Positions 31,633 through 40,004 of a stretch of 64,000 nucleotides of DNA are shown here, piece by piece. This DNA comes from a virus: the IMG/VR virus record IMGVR_UViG_3300048017_000141. The stretch is one strand, 5' to 3'. Every line of letters begins with the position of its first letter. Positions within the stretch are counted from its first letter, which is position 1. Under the pieces are notes generated by a model. The model was not told the origin of the DNA. It saw nothing but the letters and a program-made list of their open reading frames with translations, and searched no databases. Made by a program: the position numbers and the translations under genes.

Positions 31633-33195
31633 ATGGCAGATGCAATTGTAAAAAACCTTAGCTTTGGAGAAGACGCTCGAAAGAAGGTATTTGAAGGCAT
31701 TACTAAATTAACAAAAGCAGTAAGTTCTACACTTGGTGCTAGTGGTAAATGCGTAATATTAGAAGACGGAGCAGGTAGACCTGTAATAACAAAAGACGGA
31801 GTAACAGTAGCTGATAGTATCATACTGTTGGATCCTATTGAAAATATGGGTGCTACTCTTTTAAAAGAAGCCGCTCGCAAAACAGTTAAAGAAGCTGGAG
31901 ACGGAACTACAACCGCTACAGTATTATCTCACTCGATCTTAACAGAAGCTTACAATAATACAGAAGGTGAGAGTAGTAGAAATATAAAAGAAATGATTGA
32001 TCAAGCAACTCAAGAGGTTGTAGAATACTTAGAAAGTATTGCAATCCCTGTTTCGGGTGATATTATTGATCATGTTGCTACAATTTCTGCCAACAATGAT
32101 AAAGAGCTTGGTAAAATAATTGCTGATGCTTTTAGAGCTGCTGGAGACAATGGCGTTGTGATGATGGAATCTTCCGCATCAAACACCACTGAAATAGAAT
32201 TGATTGATGGTATTCAATATGACAAAGGATTAGTTAATTCTAACTTTGTAACTAATCCAGCTAAAAAAGCTGCTGAGTTAGAAAATGCATATGTATTGAT
32301 TATAGAATCACCAGTTGAGAACGTAAGACAAATACAAAGCATACTTGAATTCGTAATGAAGGAAAGAAAAGCTTTGCTAATTATAGCAGACATGGAACAA
32401 CCTGTTTTAGCTGTATTAGCAATGAATAAAATAAAAGGTAATATAAAAGTGAACGTTATTAACGCGCCTACTTATGGTATCAATAAAAAAGATACTTTAA
32501 TGGATTTAGCATTATTAACAGGATCTACTATAATAAATGAAGATCTTGGTGATGATATGGATTTAATCGATCCATCAAATCTTGGTTTCTGTACAAAAGC
32601 AATAACGACAGACGCTGAGACCATCATTCAAGTAAATGATCCAAGCGAAGAAGCTTTAGCTTTAATTGATCAAGTAAAAAAAGATATTAGCGATACAAAG
32701 AACCCCGGTGAACTTATTCGTTTAGAAAGAAGGTTAGCTAGATTATCTGGAAAAGTGGCTGTTGTAAAAGTAGGTGCAAATTCAGAAGTTGAATTAAAAG
32801 AAAAAGCAGATAGAGTAGAAGACGCAATATGCGCAACTAAAGCAGCTATTAAAGAAGGTATTGTTCCTGGCGGAGGAATTGCATTATTAGATGCCTCAGA
32901 AAAATTATTCGCGGCTTCTGCGGGATATAGAATAATGAAGGAAGCAATTAAAGCTCCTTTTAAAACAATATTATCTAATGCCGGAATTATGGATACATCC
33001 ATGCCAAAAAGAAGTGTTGGAGAAGGTTTAAATATTGTTACGAATAAAAGGGTCAATATGATAGAGGAAGGTATCGTAGATCCTTTGTCTGTTACTAAGA
33101 GCGCTTTGAAGAATGCAGTATCAGTGGCTACTACTATATTATCAACCGATTGTGTAATCAATAATCTACGTGTAGGGAATGAAAGCAATAGGTAA
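31633..33195 (+). CDS. groEL: Chaperonin GroEL (Cpn60) homologue
   Basis: FGEDAR, ITKDGVTVA and AGDGTTTATVL are collinear with E. coli GroEL. The 520-aa protein has no C-terminal GGM tail. Confidence 0.95.
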   Translation: MADAIVKNLSFGEDARKKVFEGITKLTKAVSSTLGASGKCVILEDGAGRPVITKDGVTVADSIILLDPIENMGATLLKEAARKTVKEAGDGTTTATVLSHSILTEAYNNTEGESSRNIKEMIDQATQEVVEYLESIAIPVSGDIIDHVATISANNDKELGKIIADAFRAAGDNGVVMMESSASNTTEIELIDGIQYDKGLVNSNFVTNPAKKAAELENAYVLIIESPVENVRQIQSILEFVMKERKALLIIADMEQPVLAVLAMNKIKGNIKVNVINAPTYGINKKDTLMDLALLTGSTIINEDLGDDMDLIDPSNLGFCTKAITTDAETIIQVNDPSEEALALIDQVKKDISDTKNPGELIRLERRLARLSGKVAVVKVGANSEVELKEKADRVEDAICATKAAIKEGIVPGGGIALLDASEKLFAASAGYRIMKEAIKAPFKTILSNAGIMDTSMPKRSVGEGLNIVTNKRVNMIEEGIVDPLSVTKSALKNAVSVATTILSTDCVINNLRVGNESNR

Positions 33196-33433
33196 ATACA
33201 TAATAATAGATCCAGATAAGATAAAGCACGAAACAACTAGTTCTGGCTTTATTCTTAACGAAAAAAATAAAGAAAGCATAAGGTATAAAGATGCGACCAT
33301 CATTTCTGTTGGTGAATTGATTGGGGACAAATTGGTCAGTGGTGATAGAGTTAAGTATGACAGACACGCTGGTCACAGTTTGGATGATAAGTATTTAGTT
33401 ATTAAGTTAGAAGACATTGCTGTCAAACTATGA
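33179..33433 (+). CDS. groES: Co-chaperonin GroES (Cpn10)-like protein
   Basis: 84 aa. IIIDPDKIKHETTSSGFIL, ATIISVG, VSGDRVKYDRHAG and YLVIKLEDI align with GroES blocks. It overlaps the GroEL end by 17 nt. Confidence 0.8.
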   Translation: MKAIGKYIIIDPDKIKHETTSSGFILNEKNKESIRYKDATIISVGELIGDKLVSGDRVKYDRHAGHSLDDKYLVIKLEDIAVKL

Positions 33434-33876
33434 AAAGATTAGAGGGTAAAGATTTACGGGAAAATCGTATATTGAAACATTATCGTATAATCAGAAGATG
33501 GGCATGTAGAAATAACAACCTAACGGATGCTGATTTAGAATTACTTATATACTTTGATTGTTTAGACTTTTTTACCAAACAAGATTATAAAACCGGTACT
33601 TACACATATAGTTGGGATAAAACGCGCTGGGACAGATTATTAAAAGAAGGGTGGATTGTAGTATGGAGAGAAAGAAACCATACGACCCAAAAGTATAATA
33701 TATATAAAGTCTCATTCAGGTGCAAACAACTAATTAGTAAGATATACCGAATAATGCTTGGTGAAGAAGATATACCAACAACGGAAAGGAACAATGTTAT
33801 AATGAAAGGCAAAACCTATCAGGATACAGTTCTTATATCAGCAATACATAATGTTAACAAAGATAAAATAAGATGA
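33430..33876 (+). CDS. Hypothetical protein
   Basis: 148-aa ORF with a 4-nt overlap. Confidence 0.55.
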   Translation: MKRLEGKDLRENRILKHYRIIRRWACRNNNLTDADLELLIYFDCLDFFTKQDYKTGTYTYSWDKTRWDRLLKEGWIVVWRERNHTTQKYNIYKVSFRCKQLISKIYRIMLGEEDIPTTERNNVIMKGKTYQDTVLISAIHNVNKDKIR

Positions 33877-34127
33877 AAAACTATTTAAACGATATACAGC
33901 CAAAGATGGTTCCCGATAGTTATACACAGCCTAAGCAAGTTGCTATGAATGACAATTTAATACCAACAACACCAAGATCAATGTATCAGGACCCAAATAT
34001 TAAGGACACGGGAGCGCCCGTTGCATTCTCACCTAAAAGTATACCAACTATTAATGGTGTATTTGGAACCGCTATTGATCAAAGCTTTGATAGAGCTATA
34101 AACACTACCCAAGGACAAGCAATGTAA
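33873..34127 (+). CDS. Hypothetical protein
   Basis: 84-aa ORF. Confidence 0.5.
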   Translation: MKNYLNDIQPKMVPDSYTQPKQVAMNDNLIPTTPRSMYQDPNIKDTGAPVAFSPKSIPTINGVFGTAIDQSFDRAINTTQGQAM

Positions 34128-34145
34128 CTATAAAATAAAGATATT

Positions 34146-34364
34146 ATGAATTTAAAGCACACAGCTGAAGACCCTCACTTATTGAAAGTAGAGCGCCCAA
34201 GAGTTTCAGGATTAAACCATTTATGGGATGGCCCATTAGATACTTCTGGGTTTCCTAAAGGGCTTGGCTCAAGTAGCGGCAAGAACGGAATCAAATTAAA
34301 AAATGATTGCCCTTGCGATACTTACACATCAGAACCAATTACGCAAAAAGTAAAAAGAAAATAA
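34146..34364 (+). CDS. Hypothetical protein
   Basis: 72-aa ORF. Confidence 0.45.
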   Translation: MNLKHTAEDPHLLKVERPRVSGLNHLWDGPLDTSGFPKGLGSSSGKNGIKLKNDCPCDTYTSEPITQKVKRK

Positions 34365-34525
34365 TGACCGTTTCCGATTTGAAATTATATGCTCTGAATT
34401 TTCTATCATTCTTAGTTAGTATGACAGCAATAGAACCATTCCTAAAAATAGTTTTGCTTATTGTTTCAATAGGATATACTATAAATAAATGGATACAAAT
34501 AAAATCACATAAAGATGGCGAATAA
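34364..34525 (+). CDS. Small membrane protein (53 aa)
   Basis: Internal Met of track ORF 34307..34525 with a TAATG overlap. It has two hydrophobic stretches. Confidence 0.45.
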   Translation: MTVSDLKLYALNFLSFLVSMTAIEPFLKIVLLIVSIGYTINKWIQIKSHKDGE

Positions 34526-34790
34526 AACAGCAGCGTGGACACGAAAAGAGGGTAAGGACCCTAAAGGAGGTTTAAATGCTAAAGGTGTTGCCTCTTATAG
34601 AAAAGAAAATCCGGGATCAAAATTACAAACAGCAGTTACAAAAAAACCGTCTGAATTGAAACCAGGAAGTAAAGACGCTAAAAGAAGAAAGTCCTTTTGC
34701 GCAAGAATGGGTGGTATGCCGGGACCAATGAAAAAACCAAATGGAGAACCTACCCGCAAGAAGTTAGCTTTGGATAAGTGGAATTGCTAA
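34515..34790 (+). CDS. Small basic conserved phage protein (KRRKSFCARMGG motif)
   Basis: 91-aa ORF. Confidence 0.5.
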   Translation: MANKTAAWTRKEGKDPKGGLNAKGVASYRKENPGSKLQTAVTKKPSELKPGSKDAKRRKSFCARMGGMPGPMKKPNGEPTRKKLALDKWNC

Positions 34791-34800
34791 AAAACTGATT

Positions 34801-35112
34801 ATGGCTTTTAAACTAAAAAGTTCATACAGCATTGACAATACGCCAATATATGAAAGAGATATGGAGGGTAATGTATTAGGTATGGCTATGAATACAGGTA
34901 GTATTGTTATTAATAAAGAAGCTTCCGCTTTAGAGTTAAAAAAGAACAAAACTATATCACACGAGAAGGTACATTTGGACCAAATGCGTAGAGGAGACTT
35001 AAATTATACAGATGATTATGTATTTTGGAAAGGTAAAAAATATGCTAGATCCACTATGGATGAGGGCAACAAAAAATTACCTTGGGAAATAGAGGCATAT
35101 AAAAAGCAATAA
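34801..35112 (+). CDS. Small protein with an HExxH motif (HEKVH)
   Basis: 103 aa. A minimal zincin-like metallopeptidase is possible. Confidence 0.45.
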   Translation: MAFKLKSSYSIDNTPIYERDMEGNVLGMAMNTGSIVINKEASALELKKNKTISHEKVHLDQMRRGDLNYTDDYVFWKGKKYARSTMDEGNKKLPWEIEAYKKQ

Positions 35113-35153
35113 TATTATGTAATATTATAAATATAACTCTAATCTAATATATT

Positions 35154-35525
35154 ATGAAAAAATTATTTTTAACAACTGTATTATTACTTGTAAGTTTATT
35201 TTCTAGCGCTCAGCAAATGAGCAAAGAATATTTAAAAGGCCAGTGGACATCTAATGGTGAAGCTACTGAATTATGGATCAATATAGATTCAGCAGGAGAA
35301 ATGCTGATTACGGATATATCCTCATACACGGGGGATCCATTAAAAGTTACCGGTGTAGAATTATATAAAAACGAATTCTATATAAAAAGTGTTTTTGAAC
35401 AAAATGATTTTACAGCAGTAACAAAATTTATAGTTATTGATCAAGATACAATGCTTGCCGATATAGCGAGCGCAGTACCCGGAACCGTAACATACAAAAG
35501 AGTATTAAAACCAACCAATAATTAA
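35154..35525 (+). CDS. Secreted protein
   Basis: Signal peptide MKKLFLTTVLLLVSLFSSAQQ. Confidence 0.55.
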   Translation: MKKLFLTTVLLLVSLFSSAQQMSKEYLKGQWTSNGEATELWINIDSAGEMLITDISSYTGDPLKVTGVELYKNEFYIKSVFEQNDFTAVTKFIVIDQDTMLADIASAVPGTVTYKRVLKPTNN

Positions 35526-35535
35526 ACTTTAAGAA

Positions 35536-36072
35536 ATGAATTTTAAAATGAATCCAGGCAGAGGAAACATGCCTAAAACCGGAAGAGGATTGTCTCCAGC
35601 ATTAATGTGTGGATCACCAATGAAACAAGAAGACCCTAAGAAAAAAGAGGGCCCTAAAACCGAAGCCGTAAAAGCATCTATCGCAAAAAAAGATGTTGAA
35701 GGTTACAATGCAGCAGAAGTTTCAAGCGCTGAGAAATTGGCTAATAAAACTCCTGGAACTGGATTTATCCCCGGAACAAATATCAATAAAGCAACAGGTC
35801 AAGTGGAAGCCAAAAAGTTTGAAAAAACTTTTGTAGAAGCTAGCAAAGACAATGCATTTACGGCTAGCATCCGTGATTCAAAAGGTAATGTTGTTAAATC
35901 CGTAAAAGCTGAGAGCGTTGCTGGTAAGTATAATCCTACAGGTGGAAAGACGGTACAAAAACTTAGAGATGAGTTTGGTAAAACGAAGTCTGATACAGAA
36001 GATTCTAGAATGGCAAATTCAGTATATCAAACAAACAAGGTTAATAAATTAGCCGGAGGTTATAAAAAGTAA
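35536..36072 (+). CDS. Hypothetical Lys-rich protein
   Basis: 178-aa ORF. Confidence 0.55.
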   Translation: MNFKMNPGRGNMPKTGRGLSPALMCGSPMKQEDPKKKEGPKTEAVKASIAKKDVEGYNAAEVSSAEKLANKTPGTGFIPGTNINKATGQVEAKKFEKTFVEASKDNAFTASIRDSKGNVVKSVKAESVAGKYNPTGGKTVQKLRDEFGKTKSDTEDSRMANSVYQTNKVNKLAGGYKK

Positions 36073-36076
36073 TAAT

Positions 36077-36439
36077 ATGACTACAGAAGATATTGCGGGA
36101 AAGCTAGCGTATTTTCATGAGCAAGTACATATGATTCATTGGGAAACCAGAAGCTTTGCTGAACACAAGGCTACTGGTGCCCTTTATGAATTTATACAAG
36201 ATTTCAAGGACGACGTTGTTGAGAAGCTTATGGGTTATACCGGTAAAAGAATAAAAGGAATGAAAATTGAACAAGTAAAATCAGGAGCGGACTGTATGGG
36301 CGTTGTTGATGATATTATGAAGTTTTCTGAAGAACTAATGAAATTTGCAGAAACAAGTAAATATTGGGATATTGCTAATATTGCTCAGACATTGTCGGGG
36401 GAAGCTGCTAAAACAAAATACTTATTAACATTATCATAA
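36077..36439 (+). CDS. Dps/ferritin-like four-helix-bundle protein (tentative)
   Basis: The pattern LAYFHEQVHMIHWETRSFAEHKATGALYEF resembles the Dps ferroxidase-site helices. Confidence 0.4.
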   Translation: MTTEDIAGKLAYFHEQVHMIHWETRSFAEHKATGALYEFIQDFKDDVVEKLMGYTGKRIKGMKIEQVKSGADCMGVVDDIMKFSEELMKFAETSKYWDIANIAQTLSGEAAKTKYLLTLS

Positions 36440-36459
36440 TAAAAATTAAATCTAATTAA

Positions 36460-36729
36460 ATGAAAACAATTAAGAAAGAACAACTAGATAAGATAGTAGG
36501 ACAACAAAAAGATCTTGGGTCCTTATTAACAAATGTAGGAGTTTTGGAAACACAAAAACACGCTACTCTACACAAGATTGGAGAATTAAACAAGGAGATT
36601 GAAGATTTTAAAGCTATTTTAGAATCTGAATATGGAGCTGTTAATATCAACCTTGAAGATGGAACCTATAAAGAAATAGAAAAAGAGTTTACAAACTACG
36701 AAGAAGTAAGTGATGTCGCAAGCTTATAA
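36460..36729 (+). CDS. Hypothetical coiled-coil protein
   Basis: 89-aa ORF. Confidence 0.5.
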   Translation: MKTIKKEQLDKIVGQQKDLGSLLTNVGVLETQKHATLHKIGELNKEIEDFKAILESEYGAVNINLEDGTYKEIEKEFTNYEEVSDVASL

Positions 36730-36946
36730 CATTCGAAAAATAAGTATTGGGTCAGATTATAAAAATGACGCAATGCACTATTCTATACATCAAGAAGTAT
36801 ATGGGGGTCATAAGATTTCCCATATACTATTTGAAGAAGAAGACGGGTCATATAATATATTTATAAAAAAAGGAGATGAGGTAATGCCGTGGAAGAAATT
36901 CAATAACACAATGGCAATAGCTATCGAATATGATTTAGAATATTAA
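36710..36946 (+). CDS. Hypothetical protein
   Basis: 78-aa ORF. Confidence 0.5.
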   Translation: MMSQAYNIRKISIGSDYKNDAMHYSIHQEVYGGHKISHILFEEEDGSYNIFIKKGDEVMPWKKFNNTMAIAIEYDLEY

Positions 36947-37557
36947 TGGATATGCAAAGTATGTATGACTTCATTGTTAAACCTGTTGGGAATAGGTACA
37001 ATAATAAAGTTAAAGTAGGAGATAGAGAGCTTATAACTAATACATCTGTGGAAACATTTAAAGCTATAAACAATATGGCTGAGGTTGTATCCGTACCATT
37101 ACTATATGAAACAGATATAAAAGTTGGTGACAAAGTGATAATACATCACAATGTTTTTCGAAGATTCTATGACATTAGAGGCAAACAAAAAAACAGTAGA
37201 TCCTATTTTACTGAAGACTTATATTTTGTCGCTCCGGATCAAATATATTTGTATGGAGATAGCCATAAATGGCAGAGTTTTGGAGATCGTTGCTTTGTTA
37301 AGCCGATAAAAAATAATGACCAATTTAGCTTAGAAAAAGAAAGAAAGCTTATAGGAATACTAAAAATTGGAAATAGCTCTTTAAATGAGCTTAAAATCAA
37401 TCCTGGAGACCTTGTTGGATATAAACCATACGGGGAATTTGAATTTATAATAGATGAGGAGCGATTGTATTGTATGAAATCAAATGATATTGTAATAAAA
37501 TATGAATATAGCGGAGACGAAGTTGAGTATAATCCAAGCTGGGCAAAAAGCAGTTGA
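36946..37557 (+). CDS. Hypothetical protein
   Basis: 203-aa ORF. Confidence 0.55.
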   Translation: MDMQSMYDFIVKPVGNRYNNKVKVGDRELITNTSVETFKAINNMAEVVSVPLLYETDIKVGDKVIIHHNVFRRFYDIRGKQKNSRSYFTEDLYFVAPDQIYLYGDSHKWQSFGDRCFVKPIKNNDQFSLEKERKLIGILKIGNSSLNELKINPGDLVGYKPYGEFEFIIDEERLYCMKSNDIVIKYEYSGDEVEYNPSWAKSS

Positions 37558-37777
37558 GGAACTTATAAAGGTTGCTGAAGAAAAAATAGTTGATAGTGGA
37601 GATGATATTTCTGCTGATAGGCTAAAGAATGCTGCTGCAACAAAGAAGCTAGCAATATTTGATGCGTTTGAAATTCTTAATAGAATAGAGGATGAAAGAA
37701 GAATGCTAGGTAATGATTCCGACGCGATGACAGCAAGTAAGTCTTTCAAGGGATTTGCGGAAGGGAGGTCTAAATGA
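37502..37777 (+). CDS. Possible small terminase subunit (by position only)
   Basis: 91 aa. It overlaps the upstream gene by 56 nt and TerL by 4 nt. Confidence 0.3.
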   Translation: MNIAETKLSIIQAGQKAVEELIKVAEEKIVDSGDDISADRLKNAAATKKLAIFDAFEILNRIEDERRMLGNDSDAMTASKSFKGFAEGRSK

Positions 37778-39999
37778 TTTACGAGTCAACATTAAGTCAT
37801 ATTGTTACGGATCATATAAAAGATTCTACAATAAACAAAATGAACCGAGCTAACAAATGGCAATACGGTTATAATAAAGAACATGATGTTGTTGTTATAA
37901 GCAAGACAGGCAAGATAGGCGATATTATTGAAATACAAAACCTTAAGATTGCTTTACCGCTTATTGACAACGCATATAAAAGATCTAATAAGAAAGAGGA
38001 ACAATATTGGGAGCAATCCGTGTATCCTAAAGAGTTAGACAAAATAAAGAATAGATTTGATTGGGAAAAATACCCAGACACATTTAAAGAGAAATGGTAC
38101 GACTATATTGACAGTGAATTCAGACGAAGAGAGGAGGGATTTGCTTTTTACAATAATGGCGTGCCAACATATATAACAGGATCTCACTATATGTATCTTC
38201 AATGGTCAAAGATTGACGTTGGAGCCGCTGATTTTAGAGAGTCAAACAGACTGTTTTTTATATTTTGGGAAGCTTGTAAAGCGGATGACAGATGTTATGG
38301 TATGTGTTATTTAAAGAATAGACGTTCAGGATTTTCTTTTATGTCTTCTGCTGAATTAGTTAACCAAGCAACAATAAGCTCAGACGCTAGGTTTGGTATA
38401 TTATCAAAATCTGGTCCTGATGCAAAGAAGATGTTTACAGATAAGGTGGTGCCTATTTCTATTAATTATCCATTTTTCTTTAAACCAATACAGGATGGTA
38501 TGGACCGTCCAAAAACAGAGTTAGCCTACAGGGTTCCAGCTTCTAAATTAACAAGAAAAAAATTAGATTCTCAAGAGCAGTTAGAAGAACTTGAAGGGTT
38601 AGATACTACGATTGACTGGAAAAATACTGGTGACAATAGTTATGACGGAGAAAAGTTAAAATTACTCGTGCATGATGAAAGTGGTAAATGGGAGAAACCT
38701 GAAAACATTTTAAATAACTGGAGGGTTACAAAAACGTGTGTTAGACTTGGTAGTCGTATTGTTGGTAAATGCATGATGGGATCTACTTCTAATGCTTTAG
38801 ACAAAGGAGGAGAAAACTTCAAAAGTTTGTATTATGATTCTGATGTTCTAAAAAGAAATAGAAATGGCCAAACAGCATCTGGTTTATATTCTTTGTTTAT
38901 ACCAATGGAATGGAATTACGAAGGATTTATTGATAAACACGGTATGCCTGTATTTGATACTCCTGATAAACCTATATTAGGAGCGGATGATAAATGGATT
39001 GGCTATGGTGTTATTGAGCATTGGCAAAATGAGGTTGATGGTTTAAAGAATAATCAAGATGCTCTGAATGAGTACTATAGACAATTTCCAAGAACTGAGC
39101 AGCATGCTTTTAGGGATGAAGCTAAGCAATCGTTATTCAATTTAACAAAGATATACGAACAAATAGATTATAATGAAGACCTAAGAAATACCAATGTTTT
39201 AACAAAAGGTAATTTTCAATGGGAGAATGGTGTAGCTGATACAAGCGTAATATTTGTACCAAATAAAGATGGTAGATTTATTATTTCTTGGGTACCACCT
39301 AAATATCTCCAAAACCGAGTGATTATAAAAAATGGAATCAAATATCCAGGCAATGAACATTGTGGAGCATTTGGTTGTGATAGTTATGATATATCCGGAA
39401 CGGTTGATGCAAGTAGAGGATCTAAAGGCGCATTACACGGCTTGACTAAGTTTTCAATGGAAGATGTACCACCAAATAGATTTTTCTTAGAATATATAGC
39501 TAGACCACAAACTGCAGAAATATTTTTTGAAGATGTATTAATGGCGTTAGTATTTTACGGTATGCCTATACTAGCTGAAAATAATAAGCCAAGATTACTT
39601 TACTATTTAAAAAGAAGAGGCTATAGAGGTTACTCAATGAATCGCCCTGATAGAGTTTGGAATAAACTTAGCCCAGCGGAGAAAGAAATTGGAGGAATAC
39701 CTTCTGCTTCTCAAGATATATTACAAGCTCACGCTGCTGCAATAGAAAGTTATATTGATCAAAATGTTGGGCTACTAGATAATGGGTATGGAGATATGTA
39801 TTTCCAAAGAACATTAAATGATTGGTCTAGGTTTAATATAAATAACAGAACAAAACACGATGCTACAATCAGTAGTGGATTAGCTATAATGGCATGCAAC
39901 AAAAGCGCATATAATCCAGTGTTTTCTGCACCAAAAGAAATTGTACCATTGGGCTTTAAAAAATATAATAACGACGGATTTAGTTCAAAAATAATATAA
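37774..39999 (+). CDS. terL: Terminase large subunit
   Basis: 741 aa with a Walker-B-like KLLVHDESGKW and a nuclease-like GAFGCDSYD. It lies directly upstream of the portal-sized gene. Confidence 0.75.
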   Translation: MIYESTLSHIVTDHIKDSTINKMNRANKWQYGYNKEHDVVVISKTGKIGDIIEIQNLKIALPLIDNAYKRSNKKEEQYWEQSVYPKELDKIKNRFDWEKYPDTFKEKWYDYIDSEFRRREEGFAFYNNGVPTYITGSHYMYLQWSKIDVGAADFRESNRLFFIFWEACKADDRCYGMCYLKNRRSGFSFMSSAELVNQATISSDARFGILSKSGPDAKKMFTDKVVPISINYPFFFKPIQDGMDRPKTELAYRVPASKLTRKKLDSQEQLEELEGLDTTIDWKNTGDNSYDGEKLKLLVHDESGKWEKPENILNNWRVTKTCVRLGSRIVGKCMMGSTSNALDKGGENFKSLYYDSDVLKRNRNGQTASGLYSLFIPMEWNYEGFIDKHGMPVFDTPDKPILGADDKWIGYGVIEHWQNEVDGLKNNQDALNEYYRQFPRTEQHAFRDEAKQSLFNLTKIYEQIDYNEDLRNTNVLTKGNFQWENGVADTSVIFVPNKDGRFIISWVPPKYLQNRVIIKNGIKYPGNEHCGAFGCDSYDISGTVDASRGSKGALHGLTKFSMEDVPPNRFFLEYIARPQTAEIFFEDVLMALVFYGMPILAENNKPRLLYYLKRRGYRGYSMNRPDRVWNKLSPAEKEIGGIPSASQDILQAHAAAIESYIDQNVGLLDNGYGDMYFQRTLNDWSRFNINNRTKHDATISSGLAIMACNKSAYNPVFSAPKEIVPLGFKKYNNDGFSSKII

Positions 40000-40004
40000 C
40001 ATAG

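Noticed and set aside
36946-37777. Programmed frameshift joining 36946..37557 and 37502..37777
   Set aside because: There is a 56-nt overlap, but I could not find a slippery heptamer or a downstream structure. A simple overlapping start or a non-ATG start is equally possible.
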